Shown here piece by piece: positions 51,040-61,589 of a stretch of 64,000 bases of DNA (positions are counted from its first letter, which is position 1; every line of letters begins with the position of its first letter). Origin of the DNA: an uncultured delta proteobacterium (GTDB lineage: Bacteria > Desulfobacterota > Binatia > Binatales > Binataceae); assembly GCA_963765675.1 (NCBI GenBank), contig CAVXXK010000001.1:640001-704000 (forward strand). Direction: 5' to 3'. The notes below the pieces were generated by a model. That model made no database searches and was not told where the DNA came from. It saw nothing but the letters and a program-made list of their open reading frames with translations. Made by a program: the position numbers and the translations under genes.

Positions 51040-51840
51040 TTACCGGTCTGCCGCGGGCTTTGCCTCGTGACCCAAGCCAGACCTTCGATTGGCCGCGGGG
51101 GCCGCCTGAGCGGAACTGTCATCGAGTTCGACCGCACGCCTACGGTTGGAATCAAGCACGGCCTCAAGCAGCGGCGAATCCGCAATCTGAAGAAGCAGGT
51201 TGATATTGGGGATCACGCAATGTCCCCCGATGAAGCCCGGGAAGTAACGTCCCCGCGGAAGAAAATCTACCTCGTGAAAGAATTCGCTGGCTTCGTAAAA
51301 GTCGCTGTCTACCCGCTCGCAATAGCGGTTCAATTCCTGCGCGAAAGCGATCAGAACGCCGAAGTATGTGGTCTCGGCAAGCTTGGCCAACTCCAAGGTT
51401 TCGATGCGGTTGATGCGGCGCGTCTTCATGCCGGCGCGCTGGAAATGCTCTTCGGCAACCCGCGCCGCGTCGGCATCCACTCCGGCTACAAACTTCAGAT
51501 AATGCATCAGGTCTTCAGACATTCGGGCATGCTTGCCGCGAACCGGACTGTACGCCATCGGGATGCCGCTCGCCTCGCAGATCCGGCGCGTAGTGCCCGG
51601 CAATACGGTGCTATCGACAATCGCGAGCGCCGGGCGAAATCGTCTCAGGTAGGTGAGCGCGGTAGATTCGAATTGCGTGCGCGACTGGAACGGGAAACAC
51701 AAGTGCATCACCGCGATCGGTTCATCGATGCTCATCGGTTCAATATCGTGCTTCAGCACCGGCTGAGTTCGTTCTAAAACCCGCGCCAAGGCGCCGCCCA
51801 CTTCTCCGAGGCCCACTACCAATGTCTTCCCGTTAATCAC
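51040..51840 (-). CDS. Short nucleotide-sugar dehydrogenase (UDP-glucose/GDP-mannose DH family)
   Basis: GLGEVG, STVLPGTT, ELAKL, GFIGGHCV. Confidence 0.8.
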   Translation of the reverse strand: MINGKTLVVGLGEVGGALARVLERTQPVLKHDIEPMSIDEPIAVMHLCFPFQSRTQFESTALTYLRRFRPALAIVDSTVLPGTTRRICEASGIPMAYSPVRGKHARMSEDLMHYLKFVAGVDADAARVAEEHFQRAGMKTRRINRIETLELAKLAETTYFGVLIAFAQELNRYCERVDSDFYEASEFFHEVDFLPRGRYFPGFIGGHCVIPNINLLLQIADSPLLEAVLDSNRRRAVELDDSSAQAAPAANRRSGLGHEAKPAADR

Positions 51841-51852
51841 AGGTATTCTCCT

Positions 51853-53064
51853 TCACCGAAATTGCGCATGGGTTTGCGTCCGGCGCGCATCCGGTCGGTC
51901 AGGTACGCTTTCAGGTTTCAGAACTGAATCGATAGCTCGATAAAAGTTCGCGCGCTGCTGCTGCCAGCCGATTCGGTCCAGAGCGGCCTCAGCGGCGCGG
52001 ACCAACTCTTCGCGCCGGCCGGAGCTTGAGTAAAGCTCTTCGATCGCTCGCGCCAGATCCGCGGGATTCCCAGGCTCGAACAATCGCACGGCATCGGCGC
52101 CAAAATAGTGCTCGATAGTCCTGAGGCGCGCGGCAACGATCGGGATGCCCAGTGCGGCATACTCGAGCAGCTTCACCGGCAGCATCAAATGGGTCGCGCT
52201 GCTCGCGTGATTCGGAACCAGGCCGATTGATGCTCCGCGCAGGGTCGAGGGTAGCTGCTCGAGCGGCACCGGTGGCAGAAATTGCACACGGCCATCAAGC
52301 CCGAGCCGAGTCGTAAGCGCTTTGGCATCCGGCAGATAGTCACCTGACCCGATGAGCAGCAATCGCGCACTCGGAATCCATTTGCGAAGTATCCCCATCG
52401 CTTCGATCGCTACGTCGAGTCCGAGTCGCCGCGCGACAGTGCCATGGCACACGATCCTGAAATCCGCTGCTGGTGGGATTCTTCTGCGCGAAAAGATGCG
52501 CGAGTCTGGCGTATTCACTACTACGCGAATCTTGGTGCGGCGTACTCCGGCCTGCTCGAGGCGCTGACAATGCAAATCGTGAACCGCCAGCACCCGATGC
52601 GCCATCGTGGTACTGGCGCGTTCTTCGATCTGCAGCATGCGCGCACCGATCCGCCCCCGAACGCCACGGAATTTGTCGCGGTAAAGTTCCGGCATCGTGT
52701 CGTGTATGTCGAGCACGACCTTTGTACCCATCAGCCGAGCCGGTATCGCGCATAACACCGCCGCATCGGGCATCGTGCATACGATTACCGCGTCATAGCG
52801 CCACTGCCAGCACAATCGGGAGGCGGTGAGAGTAGCGTCAGCGAAGAAGCGCAGATAGCTCAGGATGTAGCGGACGCGGCTCGACCCTCGATAGTGGTTC
52901 ATCCGAAGTCCGATGACATTCACACCGTCGCGCAATCCTTGTTGCGGATTCGCAAGGCAAATCACATCGATATGGTCGCCGCGATCTGCCAAAGCCTGCG
53001 CGTGACGTTTTACACGACCGTCGTTGACGTAGGTGGTATAGGCGATCATCAGGAGTCTAGCCAC
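51853..53064 (-). CDS. Glycosyltransferase family 4
   Basis: DGRVKR, LDIHD, PVKLLEYAALGIPIV; GGAGG RBS before the GTG at 53064. Confidence 0.9.
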   Translation of the reverse strand: MARLLMIAYTTYVNDGRVKRHAQALADRGDHIDVICLANPQQGLRDGVNVIGLRMNHYRGSSRVRYILSYLRFFADATLTASRLCWQWRYDAVIVCTMPDAAVLCAIPARLMGTKVVLDIHDTMPELYRDKFRGVRGRIGARMLQIEERASTTMAHRVLAVHDLHCQRLEQAGVRRTKIRVVVNTPDSRIFSRRRIPPAADFRIVCHGTVARRLGLDVAIEAMGILRKWIPSARLLLIGSGDYLPDAKALTTRLGLDGRVQFLPPVPLEQLPSTLRGASIGLVPNHASSATHLMLPVKLLEYAALGIPIVAARLRTIEHYFGADAVRLFEPGNPADLARAIEELYSSSGRREELVRAAEAALDRIGWQQQRANFYRAIDSVLKPESVPDRPDARRTQTHAQFR

Positions 53065-54205
53065 GCGATAGTCCTCCCTGAACCAAGGGCTCTTGGAGGA
53101 GACGTTGTGCCACTGCGCCGGCGGTATCGCTTCCCGCGATTGTCGGTTGCCTGGCGCTGACTTCAAGTGTTAGGGCATCGCGCCGGCGCCACCATGCGGC
53201 TGCCTCGGACGGCAAAGAGCGCCACGCGCGATCGATCCGGTTAAGATTGTCTAACAATCTCTCATAGACCGGCAGGTAGTTTTCCGTGCCGATGCAGCCC
53301 GGATCAGTCCGCACCAGGATCATCCCGCCCACAGCGGCAATCCATCGCGCCTTCAGCGTCCAGATCGGAAGTGGACTGCGGCGCAGAATCCGGACGAAGG
53401 TGCGATCCTGTTCCAGCGTATACGGCAGCTCGACAGAGCCCGGGAGGAAAAACGGAAACACGCTGCACGTACCGCCGGGATGAACTTGATGCGGACCAGT
53501 ATCGGCGAGGCTGGAATCGAAATCGAATTCGTGTGCGCCCGAGCCTCGATCTCCCAAAGCGGTTTGACCGGTCGGCTGGCGCGAAAAAGTGCCGCACTCA
53601 AAGCCGCGCGATCTCAGCGCGTTGACTTCCTGCCAGTCAACTTCATTTTGCGTTAAAGCCAGATTCCAGGCCGAGCGAAAACCGTATTTCTCCTCGAGCT
53701 TCGCGATACCCTCAATCCGCTTGAACCCCTCGCGACTCTCGATATCGTGCATCAGCACGATGGAACACCGGGCGCCCGCGGGCCAGAATCCAATATGCCA
53801 TCCATCCTCTACGTGCAGCGCCTTGAGCGCGCCGCGAAGCCACTGGCGCCAATAGTCAAGAAGCGAACTCTCGCAGGGCCAATTCGGAAAATCGCGCCGT
53901 AAGCTCGCGCCCGTTGCTCTGGTATGCGCACGGTGCTGCATCGATGCAGGAACCAGGTTGCGGAAGCGGTGACAGGTTTCGCGTTGCGCTCGGCTCGGCC
54001 CCGGTTCGTCCTCCAGATATTTTTGAAACAGAAATCTCTCCGCGATAGCGGCTGACTGGGGAATCGATCTTGCCAGAGCGCTACGCCAGTTCTCAGGCAA
54101 CTTCCAGAAGGAAAACGCGTCATTGCACCCGATCGCAGCGACGGATCGGTCGCGCCAATCGCCGTAAAGAGTGCTTGTCGCGGATGAGTTTCCGTTCAAC
54201 GCCAT
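53057..54205 (-). CDS. Polysaccharide deacetylase-like protein (degenerate)
   Basis: WPAG...LMHDIE, FRSAWN, FDSS, ELPYTL.QD; expected metal-binding His motif not found. Confidence 0.6.
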   Translation of the reverse strand: MALNGNSSATSTLYGDWRDRSVAAIGCNDAFSFWKLPENWRSALARSIPQSAAIAERFLFQKYLEDEPGPSRAQRETCHRFRNLVPASMQHRAHTRATGASLRRDFPNWPCESSLLDYWRQWLRGALKALHVEDGWHIGFWPAGARCSIVLMHDIESREGFKRIEGIAKLEEKYGFRSAWNLALTQNEVDWQEVNALRSRGFECGTFSRQPTGQTALGDRGSGAHEFDFDSSLADTGPHQVHPGGTCSVFPFFLPGSVELPYTLEQDRTFVRILRRSPLPIWTLKARWIAAVGGMILVRTDPGCIGTENYLPVYERLLDNLNRIDRAWRSLPSEAAAWWRRRDALTLEVSARQPTIAGSDTAGAVAQRLLQEPLVQGGLSRG

Positions 54206-55056
54206 CGCGATTCCATTCCCAATAGCCGCCGGACTTGCTCCCGTCGCACGAATTTCTCGAGTTCGGGGCTCGCAGCTTTTGGCGATTGGCGCACATAACC
54301 TTCGAGATAGCCGGTCATAAGCGCGGCGCTCTCTACAAACATCGGACGATGCAGCGTTCGGCGTGCGGCGCGAGCGAGCATGAACCACGGTGAATATCCG
54401 ATCCGATAGGCGGCGCGTCCCGCGGCGAGCCGGCTTTTCCAGATTCCATCGACCGCACCTTGTGGACGATGATGCCTGGCCCGAATATGCCGGAAACTTC
54501 GGGTGCGGAATCCGGACATCATCGCGCGTGCTTCATCGAGCGTATCCCAACCCAGCCCGGCGTCGAGTCCGCCAATCGCGGCAAAGCATTCGCGCCGATA
54601 CATCTTCACCGCGCCGCGAGTGTGGAACGAAGGTTGTCGCGATTCGCGCCACCCCTGGCTCGTCGGTTCATGCAAGGTCGCGCCTGCGATTCCGAGTCGT
54701 CGGTCGGTATTCAGCTCGCGCAGCAGCATCGCGGCCAGCTCAGGGCCGAAAGTCAGATCGGCGTCGAGTCTCAGGACGAACTCGTAGCGTTCCCAGACGT
54801 CGTACGGCAGGAACTGCATGACTACCGATTCGCCGCCCGCCTGCCGCACTCGGTCCGCGGCGAGATGGTGAACCTCGATCCATTCGTGTTCGCCCGCGAC
54901 GTGATCCGCAATTTGACCGGTATTGTCAGACGACCCGTCGTCGATCAGGATCCAACGAGTCGGACGGCTCGATTGCGCGAGCACGGACTTGATCAGCCCG
55001 GGCAGCAGCACTTGTTCGTCGCGGGCAGGTGTGATGGCAACGTAAGTATTCATCAT
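54196..55056 (-). CDS. Glycosyltransferase family 2
   Basis: ITPARDE, IDDGSSD, LDAD, GWDT. Confidence 0.9.
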   Translation of the reverse strand: MMNTYVAITPARDEQVLLPGLIKSVLAQSSRPTRWILIDDGSSDNTGQIADHVAGEHEWIEVHHLAADRVRQAGGESVVMQFLPYDVWERYEFVLRLDADLTFGPELAAMLLRELNTDRRLGIAGATLHEPTSQGWRESRQPSFHTRGAVKMYRRECFAAIGGLDAGLGWDTLDEARAMMSGFRTRSFRHIRARHHRPQGAVDGIWKSRLAAGRAAYRIGYSPWFMLARAARRTLHRPMFVESAALMTGYLEGYVRQSPKAASPELEKFVRREQVRRLLGMESRWR

Positions 55057-56555
55057 CCCACCGCCTCGCGCGTGCGACTGCCGGATGCGACTGAAAGCAT
55101 TCGGGTCAGGGTGGGAGCCTCGATCCAGCAATAGGCAATCAGCGGCGGCAGTGCTGCGGCTATCAGGACCAACGAACCTTCGAGCCCGGCGTATCGCGCG
55201 GCAGCCTTTCCGATCGCGGCTCCAAATACGCAAACCAGGGCGAGACGCAATCCCGGCATCGCAGCAGTCACAAGATCGCGAAGCTTCATATCCACCAGCC
55301 CGCAGGCCATCTGCCCACCGACGACGCTGATAATTCCCTCGACCACGCTCATCGCGGCGCTTACTCCGATCAGACCCCAGTATGAGAAGACCGTACATGC
55401 GAACACCACCAAGGCGAGGCGCAAGGTGTGCAGGTAAATATCGAACGACGGATGCGACTTGCTATAAAATATCGAACCAATCCCGACCCGAAGCCCGGCC
55501 AGCGAAAGTCCCGCTGCGAGCAGACGTAGTGGCTCGGCAGCGGGCCGCCACTGTTTGCCATAGACGGTGGTCACGAGTTCGGGTGCGACGACGACTACGA
55601 CCGCGACGAGGGGCAGCACGATTCGCGCGATATAACCGAAAAAATCGCGATACGCTTCAGCCAGCTTTACATTGTCGTCCTGAAAGCGGCAGAACGTTGG
55701 ATAAGTCACGCGGCCCGCGACCTGATGCAGACGATCTGGTACAAAGCGAAGCAGATCCCAAGCGATCGTATAGAAGCCGAGCGCGCCGCTGCCCAGCAAT
55801 CTACCGACCAGGAGATAATCGGCATTGCTGGAGAGCAGATACATAAACTGGCTGCCCGTCACGCTGGTAGCGAACCGCCACAAATCCCTTGCCGCACCGG
55901 CGCTGGGCTTGCCCAATAGCGGCCGCGGTTCGGCGATCCAGATAGCCACGGCGTGCATCGCCAGCCGCGCCGCGAGCGCGAGCGGCAAGCTCCAGATCGG
56001 TAGCCCGAACCATAGCGCCGCGAGTGCGACTGACAGGAACATTATCTCGCCGGCGACATCCGCGGCCGCGAGCGCGCTGAATCTGAGCGCGCGCTGCAAT
56101 CGCGCGTTGGAGATGACCACGCTGCCTTCGAGCAGCAGCGGGATACAGAGCAAACGAATTCCCTTCGTGAGCACGGGCATTCTCATTGTCCGCGCGAAAA
56201 TCGGCGCTCCCGCCCACAATAGGGCCGCGCTGATCACTGCCAGTCCGATGCTGATCCACCAGGCGGTCGCTTCGTGTTGCCGGGTAATCTGTTTGCGCTG
56301 AATAAGTGCGTCGGGCACGCCGGCTTCGTAGATGAGGATGCCTAAGACACTGACGATCAGCAGCACCTTAAAGACGCCGAAATCGCGAGGCATCAGCTCG
56401 CGCGCCAAAATCACCATCGCGGTGATGCGAATGCATTGAATAGCCAGCTCGGCGAGCACATTGTCGCGCACACTGCGCGCGAATGCTGACCATAGGTTCG
56501 CTTCCGCCGTCGCGTCGCGAAGTTCGGCGTTGGGAATTTCCTCGAAGGTGCTCAT
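55053..56555 (-). CDS. Wzx-type polysaccharide flippase (WzxC-like)
   Basis: LARELMPRDFG, ALIQR, LVGRLLGSGALGFY, YGKQW; many TM segments. Confidence 0.88.
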   Translation of the reverse strand: MSTFEEIPNAELRDATAEANLWSAFARSVRDNVLAELAIQCIRITAMVILARELMPRDFGVFKVLLIVSVLGILIYEAGVPDALIQRKQITRQHEATAWWISIGLAVISAALLWAGAPIFARTMRMPVLTKGIRLLCIPLLLEGSVVISNARLQRALRFSALAAADVAGEIMFLSVALAALWFGLPIWSLPLALAARLAMHAVAIWIAEPRPLLGKPSAGAARDLWRFATSVTGSQFMYLLSSNADYLLVGRLLGSGALGFYTIAWDLLRFVPDRLHQVAGRVTYPTFCRFQDDNVKLAEAYRDFFGYIARIVLPLVAVVVVVAPELVTTVYGKQWRPAAEPLRLLAAGLSLAGLRVGIGSIFYSKSHPSFDIYLHTLRLALVVFACTVFSYWGLIGVSAAMSVVEGIISVVGGQMACGLVDMKLRDLVTAAMPGLRLALVCVFGAAIGKAAARYAGLEGSLVLIAAALPPLIAYCWIEAPTLTRMLSVASGSRTREAVG

Positions 56556-57991
56556 ACCCCGCTGCCCCGCAACAAAGCCGGCAGAGTTCGCGCCAGAATC
56601 TTCAAATCCCCGACCAACGACCAGTCTTCGAGGTATTGAACGTCGAGCCGAACCATCTCTTCGAACGACAACTGATTGCGGCCGCTCACCTGCCACAGTC
56701 CCGTGATGCCGGGCAGCACATCGAGCCGGCGGCGATGCCAGTTCTTGTAGAGCTCAAGTTCGTAGGGCAAAGCTGGGCGTGGTCCGATCAAACTCATCTG
56801 ACCACGCGCCACGTTTATCAATTGAGGAAGCTCGTCGATGCTGAATCGGCGGAGCAGACGGCCGACGCGGGTGACGCGCCGATCGTTGGTGATTTTGAAA
56901 ATCTGGCCATCGGCAGGAATTGCCTTTGCGGTCGATCGAGACTGTTCCTCGATCCAGTTTCTGACAAAATCCCGGTGGACCGAATCATTCGCTCCGGACC
57001 GCATCGTACGCAGCTTCAGCATGTCGAAGCGCAGGCCGTGCACGCCCACACGCGCCTGCCTGAAAAGTATCGGCCGGCCGTCATCGAGGATCACCGCGGC
57101 GGCCGCGAGCGCGATTATCGGTGCGCTAAGGATCAGCAGGAACGTACTGACCAGGACGTCGAAGGCACGCTTGATTACAAAGTTGAGTCCTTCGATATTT
57201 GAGCCGCGCCGGCCTATAAGCGGGACCACGCCCAATTGCTCGATCCTGAGGCCACGCGCAAGCGATCGAATCATCCAGGGAACGATCCACCAATTCACCC
57301 GCAGGTCATCGCATAGATTAATGATTGATTCGACTTTCTCGCGCGGAGCTTCAGGCAGAGCAATGGCAACTTCCATTGCCGGGCATAGTGCGGCGAGTTC
57401 GCGCAACTCTCGCAACTCCGCCATCACGGGCAGACCCCGGTGGTGTCTGCCGGCGGGCCCCTCGTCGATGAACGCGACCGGCTCGTATGGACCGATCTCA
57501 TCGAGCACCTGGTCGCACAGATATTGTCCGACCGGGTTCATCCCGACGATTAAGAGTGGAATCGAAATTTTTGGATTTGCGTACATCTGCCGGATGAACA
57601 AACGCACGCCCGCACGCGCGAATATAGCGAATGGGATACTGATGAGCCACGCGGCACCGACGGTGATGCGCGAGATTTCGACATGCGCAAGGAATCCGAC
57701 GAGCAGCGTCAGCAGGGTGGCGATTGAGCAGGCTTTTATGATCGCAGTGAGCTCCTTGGAGCCGCCGGCGCGCAATCGATAGAGGTCATTGGACCGGAAG
57801 ACCAGGAGCCACAACAGCACGGTCACAGCGATCGCCGCGCCACCGGCCACGACCCCGGATTCGAAGAGACGATCTTCGATCGCATTCGAGGGGTCGTGGA
57901 TCCGGAGTGCGGAAGCAAACGCTCCGAGAATCGCCAACGCGTCGGCGATCGCGAAGAGCGTTTTTTGCTTGCGAAGTTCGCCGGCGAGCAT
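56552..57991 (-). CDS. Priming undecaprenyl-phosphate glycosylphosphotransferase (WcaJ/CpsE-like)
   Basis: KRAFD, KLRTM, DRRVTRVG, SIDELPQL, MSLIGPRP, PGITGLWQVSGR. Confidence 0.93.
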   Translation of the reverse strand: MLAGELRKQKTLFAIADALAILGAFASALRIHDPSNAIEDRLFESGVVAGGAAIAVTVLLWLLVFRSNDLYRLRAGGSKELTAIIKACSIATLLTLLVGFLAHVEISRITVGAAWLISIPFAIFARAGVRLFIRQMYANPKISIPLLIVGMNPVGQYLCDQVLDEIGPYEPVAFIDEGPAGRHHRGLPVMAELRELRELAALCPAMEVAIALPEAPREKVESIINLCDDLRVNWWIVPWMIRSLARGLRIEQLGVVPLIGRRGSNIEGLNFVIKRAFDVLVSTFLLILSAPIIALAAAAVILDDGRPILFRQARVGVHGLRFDMLKLRTMRSGANDSVHRDFVRNWIEEQSRSTAKAIPADGQIFKITNDRRVTRVGRLLRRFSIDELPQLINVARGQMSLIGPRPALPYELELYKNWHRRRLDVLPGITGLWQVSGRNQLSFEEMVRLDVQYLEDWSLVGDLKILARTLPALLRGSGV

Positions 57992-57993
57992 GG

Positions 57994-59197
57994 TTACTCC
58001 GCTGCACGACGGGGGACATTTGCAGCTGACGAGACCATCGGCTCGCCGGCGAAAGCGTGATCTGCGTGACCGATTACCGCGGCGATCGTATTGACGATGT
58101 GAACGACCTCCGCGTTCGACATGTGCGAATGCATCGGCAGCGAGAGGACCGTGTCAGCCCACATCTCGCTCACAGGGAAATCGCCGGCGTGATAACCCAA
58201 AGAGAGCAGCGCGGGTTGTCGATGCAGCGGGATCGGATAGTGAATTCCACATTCGATTTCGTTCGTTAGCAGTCGCCTGACGAATAGCGTCGCGCCGCGC
58301 GCTACGAATCACAAAGAGGTGGTAGCAGGACTCGTATCCTACGGGCTCAAGCTGGGTATCTACCTCCAACGCGCGGAACAACGCGGTATAAGCTGCCGCG
58401 ATTTCGCGTCGCCGCTCGGTCCATTTCGCCAGGCGTTTTAGCTTGACTCCAAGCACCGCGGCCTGAATCGTATCGAGGCGCGCGTTGTAGCCGCAGTCGA
58501 CGTGCGCGTAATGGGAAATCCGGCCGTGATTTCTGAGGCGGAGTATTTTCTCAGCGAGTGCTTCATCATTAGTCGCAACGGCGCCCGCTTCACCCCACGC
58601 GCCAAGGTTCTTGCCCGGATAGAAGCTGAAACATCCCAGGCGTCCGAGCGCGCCGGCCATTCTCCAGCGACCCGGTTCGCGCACGCGCGCGCCGTGCGCC
58701 TGGCAGGCGTCCTCAACGACCGGGATACGATACGCGGCTGCGATTTCGCAAATCTCGTTCATCGGGGCCGGCAGTCCATAAAGATGCACCGGAAGGATCG
58801 CGCGCGGGCCATTGGGCGATTTCCAATTCCGCGCCCCCAGATACTTGCGCAGTTCCTGCGGGCTCATAGTTCCGGTTTCAGGATCGATCTCGATCAGCAC
58901 CGGGACAGCGCCGGTCTGGATGATTGCTTCGGCGGTAGCAATAAACGTCATCGGAACCGTCAGCACCTCGTCCCCTGGCCCGACGCCAAGCGCCAGCAGC
59001 GCGAGCCGCAACGCATCGGTGCCACTTCCGACTCCCACGACGCGCCGCACACCTAAATAATTCGCGAACTCCTGCTCGAACGCGGCGACCTGCGGACCGT
59101 CGATATATGAAGTGAGATCGTGGATTCTCGATAGTTCGCGATCCACGTCAGGCGCTATTTCACGGTTCTGTGCGGCCAAGTCCAGGAATTTAATCAT
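57994..59197 (-). pseudogene. DegT/DnrJ/EryC1/StrS sugar aminotransferase with a 1-nt insertion near 58273
   Basis: SGTDAL, EDACQAHG, FSFYPGKNLG. The C-terminus LLTNEIECGIHYPIPLH...LSLPMH lies in another frame. Confidence 0.82.
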
Positions 59198-59715
59198 TGT
59201 GAAACCCCTTCCTGATTCGAGATGGTTTGAAGAACGCGGCGGATGCGCGCGGGATGGCCGCTGACGACCGTGAACGGCGGCACATCGCGCGTGACCAACG
59301 CTCCTGCGCCGACCATCGCACATGCGCCGATTTCGATGCCGCACATGATGATCGCGCCGCTACCAATCGATGCGCCCTTGCGTATGACGGTTGGCTCGAG
59401 TTTCCAGTCGCTCTCTCGCTGCGAGGAACCGTCGGCGTTTACTGCACGCGGATGCCGGTCGTTGATGAACACCACGCCGTGGCCGATGAAGACCTCGTCT
59501 TCGATCGTCACACCCGAACAGATGAAGCTGTGGCTGGAAATCTTGCATCGCATTCCAATCGACGCGTCACGCTGAACCTCGACGAACGCGCCGAGGCGTG
59601 ATCCGTCTCCGATTTTGCAACCGTAGAGATTTACGAATGGTGCGAGCCGGACATCCTCACCGAGAATGACATCGGCGGTAACGCATACGTTTGCCGGTAA
59701 TTCGCGCCGCCGCAT
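59194..59715 (-). CDS. Sugar N-acyltransferase (LbH; WbpD/WlbB-like)
   Basis: FVNLYGCKIG, KISSHSFIC, FIND, VGAGALVTRDV. Confidence 0.88.
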   Translation of the reverse strand: MRRRELPANVCVTADVILGEDVRLAPFVNLYGCKIGDGSRLGAFVEVQRDASIGMRCKISSHSFICSGVTIEDEVFIGHGVVFINDRHPRAVNADGSSQRESDWKLEPTVIRKGASIGSGAIIMCGIEIGACAMVGAGALVTRDVPPFTVVSGHPARIRRVLQTISNQEGVSQ

Positions 59716-59717
59716 GA

Positions 59718-60824
59718 TTAGTCAACCTCGGGCCGCGAAACCGGAATCAATCCGCCGCCGTTTCGTAGCGATTGATTGGCGGCTTCGAGGACGCTGACCA
59801 CGCGGATACCGCTAAGGCCATCGGTCCTCGGCGTGGCCGAGGTGCGAATGCAATCGACGAAGTGCTCGCATTCGCTGCGTAGCGGCTCGGTCTCTTCGAT
59901 CCGCGGAATGCGGATATCGCCGTAACGGTATGCGAACTGAAAGTCGGCATAACTGTCGTAGTAGCGCTGAACCGAGACGCCCTTGTCGTAGATGCGGATT
60001 TTTCCCTTCGAATCGGTGTCGTCGTACACGATCATTTTGCGCGAGCCTACGATCGTGGTGCGGCGGATCTTGTTCGGGTCGAGCCAGCTGACATGGATGA
60101 ACGCGATCACGTTGCCTGGAAAATGCAACTCGAGCATCGCGACATCCTCGACATTGCCGCGGTAATGGCTACGGCCCTGGCAGCTCACCGCCTCAGGAAT
60201 CCGCCCCATCAGCATCAGGATGATCGAGATATCGTGGGTCGCGAGATCCCACGCTACATTCACGTCATGCTGAAACAGCCCCAGATTCGCTCTTACTGAA
60301 CTGATGTAGAAAATTTCGCCGAGTTCGCCGCTCGAGATCAGTTCCGCCAGCTTCAAGACTGGCGCACTGTACTCGAAGGTGTGGCCGACCATCAGCACGC
60401 TGCCGTTCCTGCGCGCGACACGAACCAGGTCCTCACCCTCCGCGCGCGACATCGCAAGCGGCTTCTCGACCAGCACCGACTTACCCGCTTCAAGCAGCCG
60501 GCGCGCGAGCGAATAGTGCGTACTGACCGGGGTCGCTACCACGACACCGTCGATGTCGCGATCTTCGACAACCGAATCGAATGAATCCGAGGTCTCGACG
60601 CTCGGGAAAAGCGCGGCGACGCTGCCCCGCCGATCGACGTCCATATCGCACGCGACGAGTCGGCTCGCGCATCGCAGTTGCGACAAATTACGAATCCAGT
60701 TCGGTCCCCAGTAACCGAGGCCAACCACCGCCATCGCGCGAAGTTGATCGCGATCCCGGCTCTCCTCGGTCTTGTGTGGCGCGGTGGAGGTGGGATTCGA
60801 TTCAAAGATTGGATTTTGATTCAT
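59718..60824 (-). CDS. Gfo/Idh/MocA oxidoreductase (WbpB/WlbA-like)
   Basis: GLGYWG, VEKP, VGH, WDLATHD. Confidence 0.9.
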   Translation of the reverse strand: MNQNPIFESNPTSTAPHKTEESRDRDQLRAMAVVGLGYWGPNWIRNLSQLRCASRLVACDMDVDRRGSVAALFPSVETSDSFDSVVEDRDIDGVVVATPVSTHYSLARRLLEAGKSVLVEKPLAMSRAEGEDLVRVARRNGSVLMVGHTFEYSAPVLKLAELISSGELGEIFYISSVRANLGLFQHDVNVAWDLATHDISIILMLMGRIPEAVSCQGRSHYRGNVEDVAMLELHFPGNVIAFIHVSWLDPNKIRRTTIVGSRKMIVYDDTDSKGKIRIYDKGVSVQRYYDSYADFQFAYRYGDIRIPRIEETEPLRSECEHFVDCIRTSATPRTDGLSGIRVVSVLEAANQSLRNGGGLIPVSRPEVD

Positions 60825-61564
60825 GAGATCAAGAAACTCCTGATGGGTTTGGCGACGGGATCAATCTTCGAGTTCAGGATCACGCCGGCAATAGAACGAT
60901 TCGCTGCCCGCAGGGCGGTAGAGGTGGTTAGCAGTTCTTTGCGTTCGGTTTCTCCATATTTGACAACCAGAAGTATCGGGTCGGCCGTGCGCGCGAGAGG
61001 AAGCATCCGCGCATCCAGCCGTGGAACACCGAGGTCCAGAACAGCGGCCTCATATCTGGGCAGGAGTTCTTCGAAATCCCGCAAGACTTCTTCCCGGTCC
61101 GCGTCGCCGTCGGAAAGACAGCAGCTTGCAAGATCGAGGCGGGCCCGCCCGCTCGCTCGAATTTGCAGCGCCCCCTCGAGCAGCAATTCTTGCGCGCGCG
61201 CCTGCGGCATCCGGAAAAACCTATGCAGCGAAGGATGACGTATATGCGCGTCGACCAGGATGGTCTTGAGCGACAGTCGCTGGCTCAGATCCATCGCGAG
61301 TGCGATAGCTACCGTCGATACTCCGTCACCGGGACGGCAGCCCGCGACCGCGAGCCGAATCGTACTATCGACGACCGCCATCGGCGCGAGACGCTCGCTA
61401 ATCGATCGCAGCGCATCGCACTGCGATACCGCAGCGGGCACATCGGGAAGTGAAGGCACCGGAACAAGCGCGTTCAATCCGGCGTGATCCCGCAACATCG
61501 CGGTGTCAGGTCGATCGTCGGCGGGGCGAGTGCTTATTTTGGGCTCGCGCGCCAGCCGCGTCAT
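60821..61564 (-). CDS. CpsD/CapB-like BY-kinase-domain protein with degenerate Walker A
   Basis: GCRPGDGVST, ILVDA, VLD, GVILN. Confidence 0.7.
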   Translation of the reverse strand: MTRLAREPKISTRPADDRPDTAMLRDHAGLNALVPVPSLPDVPAAVSQCDALRSISERLAPMAVVDSTIRLAVAGCRPGDGVSTVAIALAMDLSQRLSLKTILVDAHIRHPSLHRFFRMPQARAQELLLEGALQIRASGRARLDLASCCLSDGDADREEVLRDFEELLPRYEAAVLDLGVPRLDARMLPLARTADPILLVVKYGETERKELLTTSTALRAANRSIAGVILNSKIDPVAKPIRSFLIS

Positions 61565-61589
61565 GGTGTCAGAGTATTTGCCCACAACC

